Positions 9,375-18,960 are shown, numbered from the stretch's first letter. The stretch: 64,000 nt of DNA from Candidatus Nomurabacteria bacterium (GCA_026395965.1 JAPLXS010000006.1:10851-74850); one strand, 5' to 3'. The notes: generated by a model from the sequence alone, not told the origin. Numbers and translations: made by a program.

Positions 9375-10202
9375 TTAAAGATAAGGTATTATCTTTAAAA
9401 CATAGTGCCTTAATCCAGCAATAAATATGGGTATTTTAGCTGATATATAATTTTTATACATCAAAATAATCCAATCTTCTTCTTGGTCAACTGGGGTATT
9501 ACATATATATGCAATAAACCTTCCGTCATCAAATTTTTCATTTACAAAATGTAATGTTGCTCCTGTGTAAACAGGACCTCCATTTTCTCTTGCAAACAAA
9601 ATTGCATCAAAATAAGGTGCTTTTCCTCTAAAACAAAAAGGTTTATTTATTAAAGTAGGACCTGGATGAATATTAATAACTCTATCGGGCATAAATTTAA
9701 ATAAATATTCAATTTTAGCCATGTACGAATCGAGTATCAATACATCTGCTTCAACCTCTTTTATTTTCTGAAATACAGAAAGTTCAAAATTATATTTTGC
9801 TTCCTTTCTTCCTTTAACATCATCTTTAGATAACTTTCTAAACAATGAAGGTATATTCCAAATACTATCTTCTGGCAATAACTTCGTTGGAAAAATCCAA
9901 GAATCATTGTCTGAAGGAAAGAGAGGAAACTCCCCCTTTAGATCTTCCAAGGTGTCATCATATATAACACCTTTAACCTCAATAAGTCCTTCCAAGATTC
10001 CACCAATAGCAGTTTCTTCTAAGGTACTCTCAATAACTCCCTTCACATAGCGATCAATTCCATTAATATTTAGAAATTGTCCATTGCGTTCTTCCAGAGC
10101 TATGTCTCGAAGTGATGTCATAAACACAATCTTTAAAGGTCTTTCAGGAGTTTTTTCTTTTATAAAATTTTCATCATAAAAGAGCAATGCACCTTCTTTC
10201 AT
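9375..10202 (-). CDS. Formyltransferase-family protein (PurN/Fmt-like catalytic domain) with a divergent N-terminal half.
   Basis: RVINIHPGP with the catalytic Asn and His, and GATLHFVNEKFDDG with the catalytic Asp, align with PurN LLNIHPSLLP and GTSVHFVTDELDGGP. The canonical GAR-binding N-terminal motif is absent. Confidence 0.5.
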   Translation of the reverse strand: MKEGALLFYDENFIKEKTPERPLKIVFMTSLRDIALEERNGQFLNINGIDRYVKGVIESTLEETAIGGILEGLIEVKGVIYDDTLEDLKGEFPLFPSDNDSWIFPTKLLPEDSIWNIPSLFRKLSKDDVKGRKEAKYNFELSVFQKIKEVEADVLILDSYMAKIEYLFKFMPDRVINIHPGPTLINKPFCFRGKAPYFDAILFARENGGPVYTGATLHFVNEKFDDGRFIAYICNTPVDQEEDWIILMYKNYISAKIPIFIAGLRHYVLKIIPYL

Positions 10203-10327
10203 TTTAACTATTTTTTTGTTAAAAAATACTGAATTAACAGTTTCTAGTCTATCTAGATTTTAAACTACTATACAACTAATATAAATAAATGTAAAGGTTT
10301 TATTAATGTTTATATATTTGTTAATAT

Positions 10328-10990
10328 TTGGGCATGATATTCCAAAATTTTCAAAATAAAACTTTCGGTTATTTAAATCTAGATACAGAATCCCTAGACT
10401 GGTATAAAGAAAAAAATATAAATATTGATGATAAAAATATACTCCTTGACCCATATATATGCCAAGAATTTATAGATTATTTACACAAAAAATATTCTCT
10501 TGATTTTTCATATGGAGGATGGATGGAAGATAGAACTCATTTTTTAAAAGATTCATACCTAGAAAATGGAGACAAGTTTATTCATCTAGGAATAGATATA
10601 AATGTTCCAACCAATACAGAAGTTGCTACTGATTTCAAAGCTGAGGTTGTAAAAGTTGGAGATGATTTTGAGGTAGATGCAGGATGGGGGCCACATGTTA
10701 TACTAAAACATCTATCACAACCTATTTATATTATTTACGGTCATTTAGATAGAAATATATTATGCAAAGTTGGTGACATATTAGACAAAGATATTATCTT
10801 TGCAAAAGTAGGATTCCCTCCCCAAAATGGCAATTGGTTCCCTCATGTTCACGTCCAATGTATTAGTTCTCTATATTACGAAGAAATAAAATCCGATATA
10901 GACAAACTTGATGGATATGGTTTTAAAAATGAAATGGAATTAAATGCAAAAAGGCATCCTGACCCTATGGAATTTATATCGTTAAAGTAA
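10328..10990 (+). CDS. M23-family (LytM-like) metallopeptidase.
   Basis: HLGIDINVP (HxxxD), the GWGPHVILKH core and PHVHVQ (HxH) motifs. Confidence 0.6.
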   Translation: MGMIFQNFQNKTFGYLNLDTESLDWYKEKNINIDDKNILLDPYICQEFIDYLHKKYSLDFSYGGWMEDRTHFLKDSYLENGDKFIHLGIDINVPTNTEVATDFKAEVVKVGDDFEVDAGWGPHVILKHLSQPIYIIYGHLDRNILCKVGDILDKDIIFAKVGFPPQNGNWFPHVHVQCISSLYYEEIKSDIDKLDGYGFKNEMELNAKRHPDPMEFISLK

Positions 10991-11011
10991 AAAATTTAAT
11001 AAAAAATTATT

Positions 11012-12367
11012 CTATTCTTTTATTAACTTAATCGCATCTTCCATTGGTATTGCATATTTACGTCGTGAAGCTTCTATTATTTCACTACGATAAGACACAT
11101 GAGTAGGTTCTAGCACTCTCAATGTTTCTGCTGAAAATGGATCATAACTCTCACCATCTATTGTCATTTTTATATAAAATTCTCCTACTCCTAAATTTAT
11201 CATATCTTTTACATCAAAGACTGGTGCAAATTCTGGTTTGAGTTTAGTAGCATCATCTCCTCCGACACGGAATGAGACAATAGTGCTTATATTTCCGAGT
11301 ACTGCTTGTTGTAACTTTGGTAAAAGCTGACCGATATATTGATGAGAAACTATTAGGTTTATGCCATATTTTCTTGCTTCTGATAAAAGATTTTCAAAAG
11401 TATCTGTGATAATGTTATGAAATTCATCTATATATAAATAAAAATCATTGGATTCTTTTGCTCCATGTATAACCCTTTCCATACCTGCTTGTTTTATTTT
11501 TGTTAAAAATATTGAACCAAACAAAGAAGAATTTTCCTCACCGATTTTTCCTTTTGAAAGATTTATTAAAAGAATTTTTTTATCATTCATTAATTGTTCA
11601 ATATTTATTTTATTTTTTTGCTGCCCGAAAATATTTCGAAGCATAGGGTCGGATAGAAATTGCCCTAGTTTATTTACTAGTGGAATAATAGTGTCTGTAT
11701 CAAATTTTAGGGCCCAGTGTTCAAATTCGACAGACCAGAATTTATGCACCATATCGTCTTTTATATTTTCTATAACCTTATCACGATAAGCACTATCAGT
11801 AAGCATTAAAATCATACCTTGCATTGTGGCTTCCTTATAATCCATAAGCGCAAGCAATGTAAAACGAAAAATATGCTCCAATCTTGGAGTCCAATTTGAT
11901 CCGAATTGTTTTCTCAAAACTTCTATAAAACCATGAGTAAGTTGATGTTTAAAAGTTGGATTAATATCTGCTAGTGGATTAAAAGATACTGGATATGCCA
12001 CATCATCTGGATCAACAATACAAACATCATCTACCCTTTCTTTGGGTATAAAGTCCAAAATATCATGAACAAGTTCTCCATGTGGGTCAATAATACAAAC
12101 ACCATGACCATAGGCTATATCCTGACGAATCATAAGTTCTTGTAGTTTAGATTTACCTACACCAGACTTTCCAATAATATACATGTGACGTCTTCGGTCA
12201 ACACGCTTTATTCCAAACACAAATTTCTTTTCTTCTAGGGCAGCTACATAATTGGTCCGTCCGATAAACACAACTTCACTTGGGTCTGCTTTTCCAAGGG
12301 TTGGTAGATCTGGAGGAGGAGGAGCATATTTGATTATTTGAATTTTATTTGGTTTATTTAAAGACAT
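11012..12367 (-). CDS. Second VirD4/TraG/TraD-like P-loop ATPase paralogue. The start is taken at the internal ATG (MSLNKPNK).
   Basis: YIIGKSGVGKS, IIDPHGELV and FYLYIDEF. It is collinear with the 7107..9296 protein but lacks the zinc ribbon and tail. Confidence 0.6.
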   Translation of the reverse strand: MSLNKPNKIQIIKYAPPPPDLPTLGKADPSEVVFIGRTNYVAALEEKKFVFGIKRVDRRRHMYIIGKSGVGKSKLQELMIRQDIAYGHGVCIIDPHGELVHDILDFIPKERVDDVCIVDPDDVAYPVSFNPLADINPTFKHQLTHGFIEVLRKQFGSNWTPRLEHIFRFTLLALMDYKEATMQGMILMLTDSAYRDKVIENIKDDMVHKFWSVEFEHWALKFDTDTIIPLVNKLGQFLSDPMLRNIFGQQKNKINIEQLMNDKKILLINLSKGKIGEENSSLFGSIFLTKIKQAGMERVIHGAKESNDFYLYIDEFHNIITDTFENLLSEARKYGINLIVSHQYIGQLLPKLQQAVLGNISTIVSFRVGGDDATKLKPEFAPVFDVKDMINLGVGEFYIKMTIDGESYDPFSAETLRVLEPTHVSYRSEIIEASRRKYAIPMEDAIKLIKE

Positions 12368-12416
12368 TATGTATAAATTGTAACAAATTAAAATAAAATA
12401 GTATAATATACTTATT

Positions 12417-13736
12417 ATGAATGAAAAAGAGTTACCTAAAATAAATTCGGAGGTATTAATAGAAAAAAAATTATCATTATTACAAAAAGGAGAATCATAT
12501 ATCAAAAAACTTGGACCTGGAATAATAACAGGTGCAGCCGATGATGATCCTTCTGGTATAGCTACATATTCACAGACAGGTGCTCAATACGGAACTGGTC
12601 TACTATGGCTCGCTGCCTGGACATTTCCGCTTATGGCTATGGTCCAAGAAATGTGTGCTCGTATATCACTAGTTACAGGTAGAGGTTTGGCTGCAAATAT
12701 TAAATATTCCTATTCAAAAAAAGTTCTTTATCTTTGCACCGCCTTACTTTTCGTAGCCAATACTTTAAATATAGGCGCTGATTTAGGTGCTATGGCAAAA
12801 GCCATTCAACTTATATCTCCTTCTATACCCTTTTCTTTCCTAGTTATATTTATTGGTATTACTGGTCTACTTATGGAAATATTCGTTCCGTATAAAAAAT
12901 ATGCCAAATATCTTAAATGGTTAGTTATCACACTATTCTCATATGTAATAACTGGATTAATGATAAATATGGATTGGTCTCTACTGCTTCATGATGGACT
13001 TATTCCTCAAATAACTTTTTCTAAAACACAGATACTTCTCATAACAGGTATTTTAGGAACAACAATATCTCCTTATCTTTTTTTCTGGCAAACATCTCAA
13101 GAAGTTGAAGAACAAATAGCAGAAGGTAAAACAACTGCTCACTCACGCAGAGGAACAAATATAGCTGAAATAAAATCAATGAGAATAGATGTATGGTCTG
13201 GAATGTTTCTATCTAACTTAGTAATGTTTTTTATAGTTGCAGTGTGTGCAAACACACTTTTCTTAAATGGTATTACTGATATAGGCACGGCCAGTGATGC
13301 AGCTGCAGCATTAAAACCATTTGCTGGACAATTCGCAACACTACTCTTCACTATCGGAATAATAGGAACTGGATTACTTGCAATACCTGTTTTAGCTGGG
13401 TCAACATCTTATGCCATCTCAGAAAGTTTTGGATGGAAAGAAGGTTTGTATCGTAAATTAAATGAAGCTCGTTCTTTTTATGCAGTCATAATAGTATCTA
13501 TTTTAATAGGAATTATTATAAATTTCTTAGGTATAAACCCCATCAAAGCTCTCATATACTCAGCTATCGCAAATGGTATAGTAGCTCCCGTAATAATAGT
13601 ATGTATAGTTCATATAAGTTCAAACCATAAAATTATGGGTCATTTCAAAAATTCAAAATTTACCAATATAGTAGGTTGGCTTATCGCTACAATAATGGGT
13701 ATTACAGCTATTGCTGCAATATATTCTCTTTTTTAA
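12417..13736 (+). CDS. mntH: NRAMP-family divalent metal (Mn2+/Fe2+) transporter.
   Basis: GPGIITGAADDDPSGIATYSQTGAQYGTGLLW and MAMVQEMCARISLVTGRGLA are NRAMP signatures. Polytopic. Confidence 0.85.
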   Translation: MNEKELPKINSEVLIEKKLSLLQKGESYIKKLGPGIITGAADDDPSGIATYSQTGAQYGTGLLWLAAWTFPLMAMVQEMCARISLVTGRGLAANIKYSYSKKVLYLCTALLFVANTLNIGADLGAMAKAIQLISPSIPFSFLVIFIGITGLLMEIFVPYKKYAKYLKWLVITLFSYVITGLMINMDWSLLLHDGLIPQITFSKTQILLITGILGTTISPYLFFWQTSQEVEEQIAEGKTTAHSRRGTNIAEIKSMRIDVWSGMFLSNLVMFFIVAVCANTLFLNGITDIGTASDAAAALKPFAGQFATLLFTIGIIGTGLLAIPVLAGSTSYAISESFGWKEGLYRKLNEARSFYAVIIVSILIGIIINFLGINPIKALIYSAIANGIVAPVIIVCIVHISSNHKIMGHFKNSKFTNIVGWLIATIMGITAIAAIYSLF

Positions 13737-13925
13737 AAAGAAAATATATCTAATGTTTATAGGATTAAGACCACAATATAAAATATATGTATTGTGGTCT
13801 TAATCCTTATATACCCATACCTGCAACAGGTTCCTCACTTTTGGGTCTTGCAAAAAATATAAAATACGGTAAGATAGAAGTATCTTAATTATTAAGTTGA
13901 TATTTTAATAATTAACGATGTTTTT

Positions 13926-13998
13926 GGGCCTTTAGCTCATCTGGTAGAGCGCCTCATTTGCAATGAGGAGGTAAGCGGTCCGAGTCCGCTAAGGTCCA
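13926..13998 (+). tRNA. tRNA-Ala (anticodon TGC). CCA is not encoded.
   Basis: Cloverleaf read by hand. Acceptor stem GGGCCTT/AAGGTCC with the G3:U70 Ala identity pair. Anticodon loop tttgcaa. T-arm agcgg-tccgagt-ccgct. Confidence 0.85.
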
Positions 13999-14004
13999 CA
14001 TATT

Positions 14005-14032
14005 AAAAAAGCTCCATAAATGGAGCTTTTTT
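14005..14032 (+). terminator. Intrinsic terminator immediately after tRNA-Ala. It is the core of a much longer palindrome (see findings).
   Basis: aaaaaagctccat-aa-atggagctttttt. Confidence 0.6.
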
Positions 14033-14351
14033 AATATGTGGACCTTAAGAAAGCAAACTGCTTTGCTTTCGTGCGGACTCGGACAGCGGAATCATATTTT
14101 TGAAGCATTAAAAATAGATGAGCTGGTGCCTAGACAAAACTTTTTGTAGAAAAAGTTTTAGTCGAGGGAGAGAAACGTACTCGTGGTCCGCTAATTCTAA
14201 CCAACCTTCTTTACTTGACACTTACAACAATAGTGCTACCATATATACCATAAAGTTCTTTAATATTATTTAGTAACGGTTTATTGGGTTTTCCCCGCTT
14301 CTTTATAGAAGTAGAGATAACTCAATAAATTAACAACTAAATACGATAAAC

Positions 14352-14801
14352 ATGGAAAAAACAATTAGATTACTTGTTGAAACTGCCCTTGCGGCAGTTC
14401 TAGGGATTATCCTAGGATTTATGCTGGTAGAAAATTTTTATTATTATATGTATGTTTTTATAATAATAAATTTAGCTCTTTTCGTAGAAACATTAATAAG
14501 CTTAAAAAAAGCGGCAGATTGTTTAGATTACGACGAAGATGTTCCACATTTTGTAAAATTTTTTATGGAATGTATGACTAATCCAATAGAAGGATTGATT
14601 CGGAAATTCAAATTAGATTCAATTTTATTTGCAAGTTTCTTTTTTTTCTTTTTAGGATCGATGGGATATTCTATAGCAATTAGCGTAATTCATATTAAAA
14701 ATATGATGTTCATAATATTTTACATAATATTATTAGCAATATATGCTCTATTTTATATTCGTGCATTGATAATTTATCAAAAAAAACACGCTTTTAGATA
14801 A
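14352..14801 (+). CDS. Hypothetical small polytopic membrane protein.
   Basis: Several hydrophobic segments. No recognisable motif. Confidence 0.35.
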   Translation: MEKTIRLLVETALAAVLGIILGFMLVENFYYYMYVFIIINLALFVETLISLKKAADCLDYDEDVPHFVKFFMECMTNPIEGLIRKFKLDSILFASFFFFFLGSMGYSIAISVIHIKNMMFIIFYIILLAIYALFYIRALIIYQKKHAFR

Positions 14802-14807
14802 AAAAAT

Positions 14808-14851
14808 CAAAATCCATTATCAACATATTGTTGATAATGGATTTTTTATTT
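14808..14851. terminator. Bidirectional terminator hairpin between convergent genes.
   Basis: aaaatccattatcaaca-tat-tgttgataatggatttt, an 18-bp stem flanked by A- and T-tracts. Confidence 0.6.
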
Positions 14852-14926
14852 TGTATATAATTATTTGCTCATAAAAAAAATCCCTTTAATTCAAAAGAAT
14901 AAAAGGGATTGATTGATAAAATAATA

Positions 14927-15565
14927 TTAAACTGTTCGATTTGGTACCACAATATGAATCAAATGGTCTTTTTCCCAAATACGATGATCATCAAAATGAT
15001 GCAATCGAAGAGTTAACCCTGTAGCATAAAAATATACATTTGCAACAAAGTATTTCTTTTCATTTTTAAAAAGAAAAAATGTAGCATTACCTTTATCACC
15101 TAAGTGATCAGGATACTTTTTGCAAAAGTTTTTAATCTGATGTTGAGTTAGACAAAGACAATCTAGGTCAGAATTCAATGAGCCGAACATTTGTGAATAA
15201 TTAGAGTTTCTAATTAATCCATAAATTTCAACAGTAGTTTCTGGTGTAGGTACAACTGATTTATTTTTATCTAAAATGTTGCAGCTATTCTTTGCAAACG
15301 AAGGAAAGACATGTTTTGAGTTTTCCAAAGTTAGAGTACCATCAACGGCATCAATTTTTAAAAAATCTGAACCAGGGATTAATCCTAATCTCATTTCTTT
15401 TTCAAGAGGTTTAATTAATAATTCCTCACGACATTCGTAAGAAAGATTACTAAACCATTTCATTTGACTCGGTGTAATTTTTCCTTTTTGCATATCTTGC
15501 AATATTTCTACTTGTATCGCAATTAATTCTTGAACCGATAATTGGTCGATTTTTCTTCTTTTCAT
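14927..15565 (-). CDS. Hypothetical protein.
   Basis: ORF with coherent composition. No recognised domain. Confidence 0.35.
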   Translation of the reverse strand: MKRRKIDQLSVQELIAIQVEILQDMQKGKITPSQMKWFSNLSYECREELLIKPLEKEMRLGLIPGSDFLKIDAVDGTLTLENSKHVFPSFAKNSCNILDKNKSVVPTPETTVEIYGLIRNSNYSQMFGSLNSDLDCLCLTQHQIKNFCKKYPDHLGDKGNATFFLFKNEKKYFVANVYFYATGLTLRLHHFDDHRIWEKDHLIHIVVPNRTV

Positions 15566-15713
15566 GATATTATTTTTATTTTTTAAAAGAAATTCCTCTA
15601 CTTAGTCAGTTTTAAAGCAGCGAGAGGTTTACTGTATTTAAACAGTATTATATCAGTATATTTTAAAAAGTCAATCACAAATACCCCATACTATATGGGG
15701 TTAATTTTGTTTT

Positions 15714-16796
15714 TTAAATTATTTTGTAAAAAAATTGTATTAAAAGATATAAGATATAATCATACCATCTCATTGGGTAAGTCTTTGTTTCAAATAGTAC
15801 TGTATCTTTTTTCCACTCATTTATGATAGCTGAAATTTTACCAACCGCTTGTTGATTATTAAAGAAAATTCCAACTTCTGAATTCATTTCAAATGATAAA
15901 TAATCCAGATTATTTGATCCTACTATTGCCTCTTTATCATCAATAGTCATTATTTTTGCATGATTCATGTGTTGCTCGAGATAAAAAATCACACCGAGAT
16001 ATGATAATTTATTCATAAAAAAATGATTAACCCTATCAACAAAATAGCTATCAGTATTTTGAGGTACCAATATCTCAACTCTAACTCCCCTTAAAATAGC
16101 TTGGTGTAACTCTGCTATGAGCCAGCTTTTGGGCATAAAATATGGAGTTACCAGAAAAACACTTTTTTGAGAATTTGATAAATGATTTTTATATATTTTT
16201 TTTAAATTATATTTATTCTTGACTGGAGAATGTTCAACAAGCCAATCATTTATAATATTTTTTAAAATTTTATTCTTAGCATGGATTAGTAATAGAGGGT
16301 CTTTACCTCCAGATTCTTTATAAGTTTTTGCAAATGATTTAACAATAAATGAGACTAGTTTTCCGTCTATTTGAACCATCAAATCATTCCAAAGTGACGC
16401 ACTTTGGTGAAAGTTTACCCCACCTACAAAGGCAATCTTTTCATCGACTATTAAAATCTTTCTATGAGTTCTATGTAAAAAATAACTCAAAAAAATTAAT
16501 TCAACTCCAGTATCACGGAGTTCTTGCGCTATCTTATTGCTTAAACTATAACTTCCAAAATAATCTAATATAATTCTAACTCGTAATCCATTATGTGCTT
16601 TTTCTTTTAATAATTTGATAAAATTAAAATCTATCATATCATCTTGAAAAATATACATCTCAAGATATATAGACTTTTCAGCAGAAAGCATAATATTATA
16701 CATCGCTTGCCATGATTTTTGTGAATTAGCAAAAAATTTATAATGCATATTAATATTATACACTAAATCTAAGCTTAAAATATGCAATAAAATCAA
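15714..16796 (-). CDS. Phospholipase D-family protein (cardiolipin-synthase-like, two HKD motifs).
   Basis: HRKILIVDEKIAFVGGVNF and HAKIMTIDDKEAIVGSNNLD are two HxKxxxxD motifs. The start may be an internal ATG. Confidence 0.7.
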   Translation of the reverse strand: MILLHILSLDLVYNINMHYKFFANSQKSWQAMYNIMLSAEKSIYLEMYIFQDDMIDFNFIKLLKEKAHNGLRVRIILDYFGSYSLSNKIAQELRDTGVELIFLSYFLHRTHRKILIVDEKIAFVGGVNFHQSASLWNDLMVQIDGKLVSFIVKSFAKTYKESGGKDPLLLIHAKNKILKNIINDWLVEHSPVKNKYNLKKIYKNHLSNSQKSVFLVTPYFMPKSWLIAELHQAILRGVRVEILVPQNTDSYFVDRVNHFFMNKLSYLGVIFYLEQHMNHAKIMTIDDKEAIVGSNNLDYLSFEMNSEVGIFFNNQQAVGKISAIINEWKKDTVLFETKTYPMRWYDYILYLLIQFFYKII

Positions 16797-16843
16797 ATAT
16801 ATACAACTACTTACCTTAAATAAAATATAGTATAATACATAAT

Positions 16844-17080
16844 ATGAATACAGAAGATGAAGAAATAATAATAGTAAAAGATGCTCATGGTAATACTCTT
16901 GAAAATGGAAACAGTGTGACTCTTATTAAAGATTTAAAAGTAAAAGGTACATCTATAACTCTCAAAAAAGGTACGAAGATTAAAAATATTCGCCTCACCG
17001 ACGATGAAGATCTAGTAGACTGCAATGCCGATGGAATCAAAGGCCTTGTACTAAGAACCGAATTTTTAAAGAAGGCATAG
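16844..17080 (+). CDS. PhnA/YjdC-like small protein (C-terminal domain only).
   Basis: GNSVTLIKDLKVKGTSITLKKGTKIKNIRLTDDED resembles the PhnA C-terminal domain. Recognition from memory, moderate. Confidence 0.45.
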   Translation: MNTEDEEIIIVKDAHGNTLENGNSVTLIKDLKVKGTSITLKKGTKIKNIRLTDDEDLVDCNADGIKGLVLRTEFLKKA

Positions 17081-17165
17081 ACAAAATAATTTATATTTTT
17101 AAAAACTTATATTGAATACTATAAAGTATTATTCAATATAATTAATATTATGATATAATCAGTCT

Positions 17166-17825
17166 ATGAAACAATCAAGATTAGACCAATTATCAGACGG
17201 TATTTTTGCTATAGTTATGACTATTTTAGTTTTTGAGATACGAGTACCTGAATTTATGGGTATAGTAAATGAAAAAACTCTTATACATTCTTTAATAATT
17301 TTATCTCCTCTTTTACTCAGCTATCTTCTTAGTTTTTCGCTTCTTTTTACGTATTGGAGATCTCACCATATAATAGCTTCTGTACTCGCAAAAAATATTG
17401 ATGTTCAATTTACAAATCTAAGTGGAATTTTCTTATTTTTAGTTGCTCTTGTTCCATTTTCATCTCACTTTCTTGGAAGTTATATATATTTAAAAACTGC
17501 AGTTATTTTGTTTGCTTTAAATATTATTTTAATAGGTATTTCTCTTTATGCAATGAGACAATATGCTATAAAATCAGAAACAATTGCAAATACTCCTTTT
17601 ACTAGAAAAGAAAATGAGCATGCAAATATGCACATACTATTCCCTCTTTTTGCTTCTATTTTAGCTATAGTTATTTCTTTTTATAGCACAAAGATCGCAA
17701 TTCTTTTATTTACTCTAGCTATTCTTTTTAATTTATCAAAAAATGGAACAAAATATATGTTTTATTTAGTTGATATATTTAGAAATAACACACCGGACAC
17801 TGAAATTATAAAAGAAAGTAATTAA
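17166..17825 (+). CDS. DUF1211/TMEM175-like membrane protein (putative K+ channel family).
   Basis: N-terminal RLDQLSDGIFAIVMTILVFEIRVPE motif typical of DUF1211. Polytopic. Confidence 0.5.
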   Translation: MKQSRLDQLSDGIFAIVMTILVFEIRVPEFMGIVNEKTLIHSLIILSPLLLSYLLSFSLLFTYWRSHHIIASVLAKNIDVQFTNLSGIFLFLVALVPFSSHFLGSYIYLKTAVILFALNIILIGISLYAMRQYAIKSETIANTPFTRKENEHANMHILFPLFASILAIVISFYSTKIAILLFTLAILFNLSKNGTKYMFYLVDIFRNNTPDTEIIKESN

Positions 17826-17835
17826 TACATAATAA

Positions 17836-17868
17836 AAATAAACCCCATACAATTGGGGTTTATTTTTA
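17836..17868. terminator. Bidirectional terminator between convergent genes.
   Basis: aaaccccatacaattggggttt followed by a T-tract. Confidence 0.6.
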
Positions 17869-17873
17869 TTATA

Positions 17874-18878
17874 TTATTTCTTATCGCTGGCAAGTTTTAT
17901 AATGTGTTCAACAAATTCTGACATACCAGACCCAACAGCTTCAAATGCTTTTGGCATAAGAGATTCATCGGTAAGTCCTGGTAAAGTATTTACTTCGAGT
18001 ATATATATACCTTTTTTGGGATGAACAATAAAATCACTTCTAGAATAATGATTTAGATTTAATCCAGTGTGAACAAGAGAAGCAAGATTTTCTAATTCTT
18101 TCTTTTCTTCTTCGGTAAAATTACCTGGGCAAATCTCTTGAGACATACCGTTATATTTTATATCTTTATTAAAAAATGTACTTGTTTTTGGGATTCGTAT
18201 TTCGATTGGTGGAAAAGTGTATACTTTCTTGCCGCGAAAATTATCCACTACTCCTACTGTTGCTTCTTTTCCTATTATAAATTCTTCTACAAGAACACTT
18301 ACTTTTTGATTTACCCCATCTAGAAATGCATTTACAAGAGATTCAAATGTTTTACAAACATGAATACCCATAGATGAACCTCCGTTTATAGGTTTTACAA
18401 TCCAAGGTGGAGAAATCTTTTCCCAAACTTCTTTAGCTTTTTTCTTTGCATATATATCTATTGATTCATCAAAATATTCTTTGTAGGCAGGAAAAACAAT
18501 ATGCTTAGGGGTTTTAATACCTAGTTTTATAAATTCATTTTTTGCTAAAGATTTATTGTAAGCTAGAGTAGAAGCAAGTGATCCAGACCCAGTATAAGGT
18601 ACACCTAACTGCTCTAAATGTTTTTGAACTTGACCATCTTCACCATAGTTTCCATGAAGAGCATTTATTATAATATCTACCTTCTCTGCTACCTTATCTA
18701 AGGTTATTGGAATACCATTTACATGCCAGACACCATCTCTATCTATAAAAATATCAATCGGGGTATATTTATCTTTCATTCTATCTTCACGCAAATGGAA
18801 AAGAACCTGGGACCCACTGGCCAAGGAAACTTCATATTCATCACTAGATCCTCCACGGATAACTCCAACCTTAATCAT
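17874..18878 (-). CDS. ddl: D-alanine--D-alanine ligase.
   Basis: MIKVGVIRGGSSDEYEVSLASG N-terminus and ATP-grasp core motifs. Confidence 0.85.
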   Translation of the reverse strand: MIKVGVIRGGSSDEYEVSLASGSQVLFHLREDRMKDKYTPIDIFIDRDGVWHVNGIPITLDKVAEKVDIIINALHGNYGEDGQVQKHLEQLGVPYTGSGSLASTLAYNKSLAKNEFIKLGIKTPKHIVFPAYKEYFDESIDIYAKKKAKEVWEKISPPWIVKPINGGSSMGIHVCKTFESLVNAFLDGVNQKVSVLVEEFIIGKEATVGVVDNFRGKKVYTFPPIEIRIPKTSTFFNKDIKYNGMSQEICPGNFTEEEKKELENLASLVHTGLNLNHYSRSDFIVHPKKGIYILEVNTLPGLTDESLMPKAFEAVGSGMSEFVEHIIKLASDKK

Positions 18879-18960
18879 TATTTTATTATAACAATAATAG
18901 TAAATAATAGAAATAAATTTAAGCTATATTTTTAAAGAGGAAATAATTTTAGGGGTTAAT

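Noticed and set aside
12368-12505. 46-aa N-terminal extension of the second VirD4-like ORF, overlapping the mntH start.
   Set aside because: The extension is a hydrophobic low-complexity translation of promoter DNA. Homology with the paralogue begins at MSLNKPNK.
13926-14100. Possible tmRNA, because of the Ala-like acceptor with a downstream structured region.
   Set aside because: The tRNA has a complete anticodon arm with TGC and no tag-reading-frame or pseudoknot region. The downstream structure is a mirror repeat, not tmRNA.
14100-14351. Possible RNase P RNA, SRP RNA or 6S RNA in the 250-bp non-coding stretch.
   Set aside because: None of the conserved motifs is present (RNase P P4 AGGAAAGUCCGGGCUCC; SRP domain IV GGAAGG/AGCAGC). 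The stretch is left unannotated.
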